Below are positions 62,912 through 64,000 of a stretch of DNA of 64,000 bases, in pieces. The stretch covers positions 354-64,353 of the forward strand of contig JASMLK010000115.1 in NCBI GenBank assembly GCA_030748735.1, written 5' to 3'. Every line of letters begins with the position of its first letter. Within the stretch, counting starts at the first letter, position 1. The notes below the pieces were generated by a model. That model saw nothing but the letters and a program-made list of their open reading frames with translations. It had not been told where the DNA came from and searched no databases. This stretch comes from Myxococcota bacterium. Its GTDB lineage: Bacteria; Myxococcota_A; UBA9160; UBA4427. Position numbers and translations under genes: made by a program.

Positions 62912-63363
62912 CGGTTCCCCCGACCGGGCGGAATGCGTCGCCCACTGATCTGCGCCACCGAAAGCTTCACGAAGCGGTCCCGCTGCCCGGATGCCCAGGG
63001 TCGCAGCGGGAGGGCCAGGAGCAACTCGTTCGTTTCGAGTTCTTCGAGCTTTCCGGCGACATTCACGCTCGCGCCCGTGTGTTCGAAGCCGTTGCTGTCG
63101 AGCACCTGGAACGAGGCGTGCCGGCCTTCGCGCGCCGCGTCGAGGATCTGCCCTTCACCGGTCCGCACGATGATGGACCAGTCATCGACGATGAAGTTGA
63201 CGGGCCGAAGCCTGGGCGCGCCGTCGGTCGCGAGCGCCAGACAACCGGTCGCGGTGCCCCGCAGGAGTTCGAGGCACTCGTCTCGCGTCAGGGCCTCGAC
63301 CTCGGCCGGCTCGCCCCACTTCGCGCTGGCCGGACCTGCCGCGACCTTCGACGTCATCTTCAT
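62908..63363 (-). CDS. Pyridoxamine 5'-phosphate oxidase family protein
   Basis: ATG 63363 follows GGAGGG. LTRDECLELLRGTATGCLALATDGAPRLRPVNFIVDDWSIIVRTGEG is the typical PPOX-class pattern. The longer ORF to 63519 lacks support. Confidence 0.7.
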   Translation of the reverse strand: MKMTSKVAAGPASAKWGEPAEVEALTRDECLELLRGTATGCLALATDGAPRLRPVNFIVDDWSIIVRTGEGQILDAAREGRHASFQVLDSNGFEHTGASVNVAGKLEELETNELLLALPLRPWASGQRDRFVKLSVAQISGRRIPPGRGNR

Positions 63364-63798
63364 GTTGCCCTCCGGCTCCCCTTCTGATGCCACGACCATC
63401 ACTCTCGTTCGGCCGATTCGTCGGCGACTTGCGTGATCGTCTGGGCATGCGCCTCGGCCGCGGGTTCGTGATGCGGCGGTACCTCTGGGCGAATGCATGA
63501 ACGGGGCCAAACACACCAAAGGCGAGGGGCGAGGCGAGACGGCACCGCACGCAGCCTGACCGCCTCCGCCACGATTCGGGCCCGAGCGGGCGTTCTGGTG
63601 TTGGCCCTAATCACACCAGGGAAGACTGGAGCGGGGCACCCCTCCCCAATTGACATCTCCAGGTGGCGCACATCGTTGCAGGGGCGAAGTGGGCAGTCTT
63701 TGCTACATCCCTGCTCTCGCCAGGGAATTGCACTTTTCAGCAGCCCGCGGACGTCTCAACACCGCGAAGAGCGGCAGAACACGGCAGGAGAAATCGCG

Positions 63799-64000
63799 AT
63801 GACGAACGACATCTTCAAGGCGCGCGAGCGGGCATTCGAATCGGTCTATTTCGCAAAGACCGACGCAGAGAAAATCGAAGCCATCCACCGGGAGCGCGAA
63901 ACGCAGGCGGCACTCGAGCGTCTGTCCGCAGCGACCGGGATCCACGATCACGGCATTCTCGAGCGGCTGCTCAGCTTGGAGATCACGTCGTCCAGCATCG
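63799..64000 (+). CDS. Small helical protein (DUF1476 / ATPase-inhibitor-zeta-like?), running off the right edge of the window
   Basis: ATG 63799 follows CAGGAGA. MTNDIFKAREREFESVYFAKTDAEKIEAIHRERETQAALERL... There is no stop before the window end. Confidence 0.4.
   Translation, partial: MTNDIFKARERAFESVYFAKTDAEKIEAIHRERETQAALERLSAATGIHDHGILERLLSLEITSSSI

Noticed and set aside
1-64000. CRISPR arrays, rRNA genes, IS elements or transposases, integrases, prophage structural genes.
   Set aside because: No repeat-spacer periodicity, no rRNA-like sequence, and no DDE or tyrosine-recombinase motifs were seen in any frame.

Overview
High-GC chromosomal segment of proteobacterial type (GC judged by eye, not computed). 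Most of it is ordinary, densely packed metabolic and accessory genes: SDRs, NTF2/SnoaL-like proteins, LLM oxidoreductases, enoyl-CoA hydratases, an acyl-CoA dehydrogenase, GST-like proteins, two sulfatases, an MFS transporter, a DEAD-box helicase and a NIT-domain chemoreceptor. Five things stand out. (1) 7.0-12.2 kb holds a six-gene, translationally coupled TonB2-type energy-transduction cluster (DUF3450/TtpB, TtpC, ExbB, ExbD, TonB, TPR/TtpD), with a PEP-CTERM protein and a TonB-dependent receptor just downstream. (2) Two redoxin/peroxiredoxin-like genes (44971..45723 and 52964..54112) each carry an in-frame TGA exactly at the first Cys of the W-C-P-x-C redox motif. Each TGA is followed at the same distance by a similar hairpin with an AGUUR loop. 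I read these as unannotated selenoproteins that the ORF track splits in two, and both sit next to a TetR gene. (3) A tmRNA gene (ssrA, 59893..60258, minus strand, tag ADENYALAA) is preceded by two degenerate copies of its own 3' end, at 54203 and 50877. That pattern indicates two tandem integrase-less islands inserted at ssrA. (4) The ssrA-proximal island carries a wHTH plus nucleotidyltransferase-fold pair and a very GC-rich coupled operon (TetR, ceramidase-like membrane protein, 861-aa GH38-like protein). The distal island carries the second selenoprotein. (5) Truncated or frameshifted gene remnants are unusually frequent, especially on both sides of ssrA. I found no rRNA, no convincing intact tRNA, no CRISPR array, and no transposase or integrase. 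All product names come from reading the translated motifs. No database search was run.
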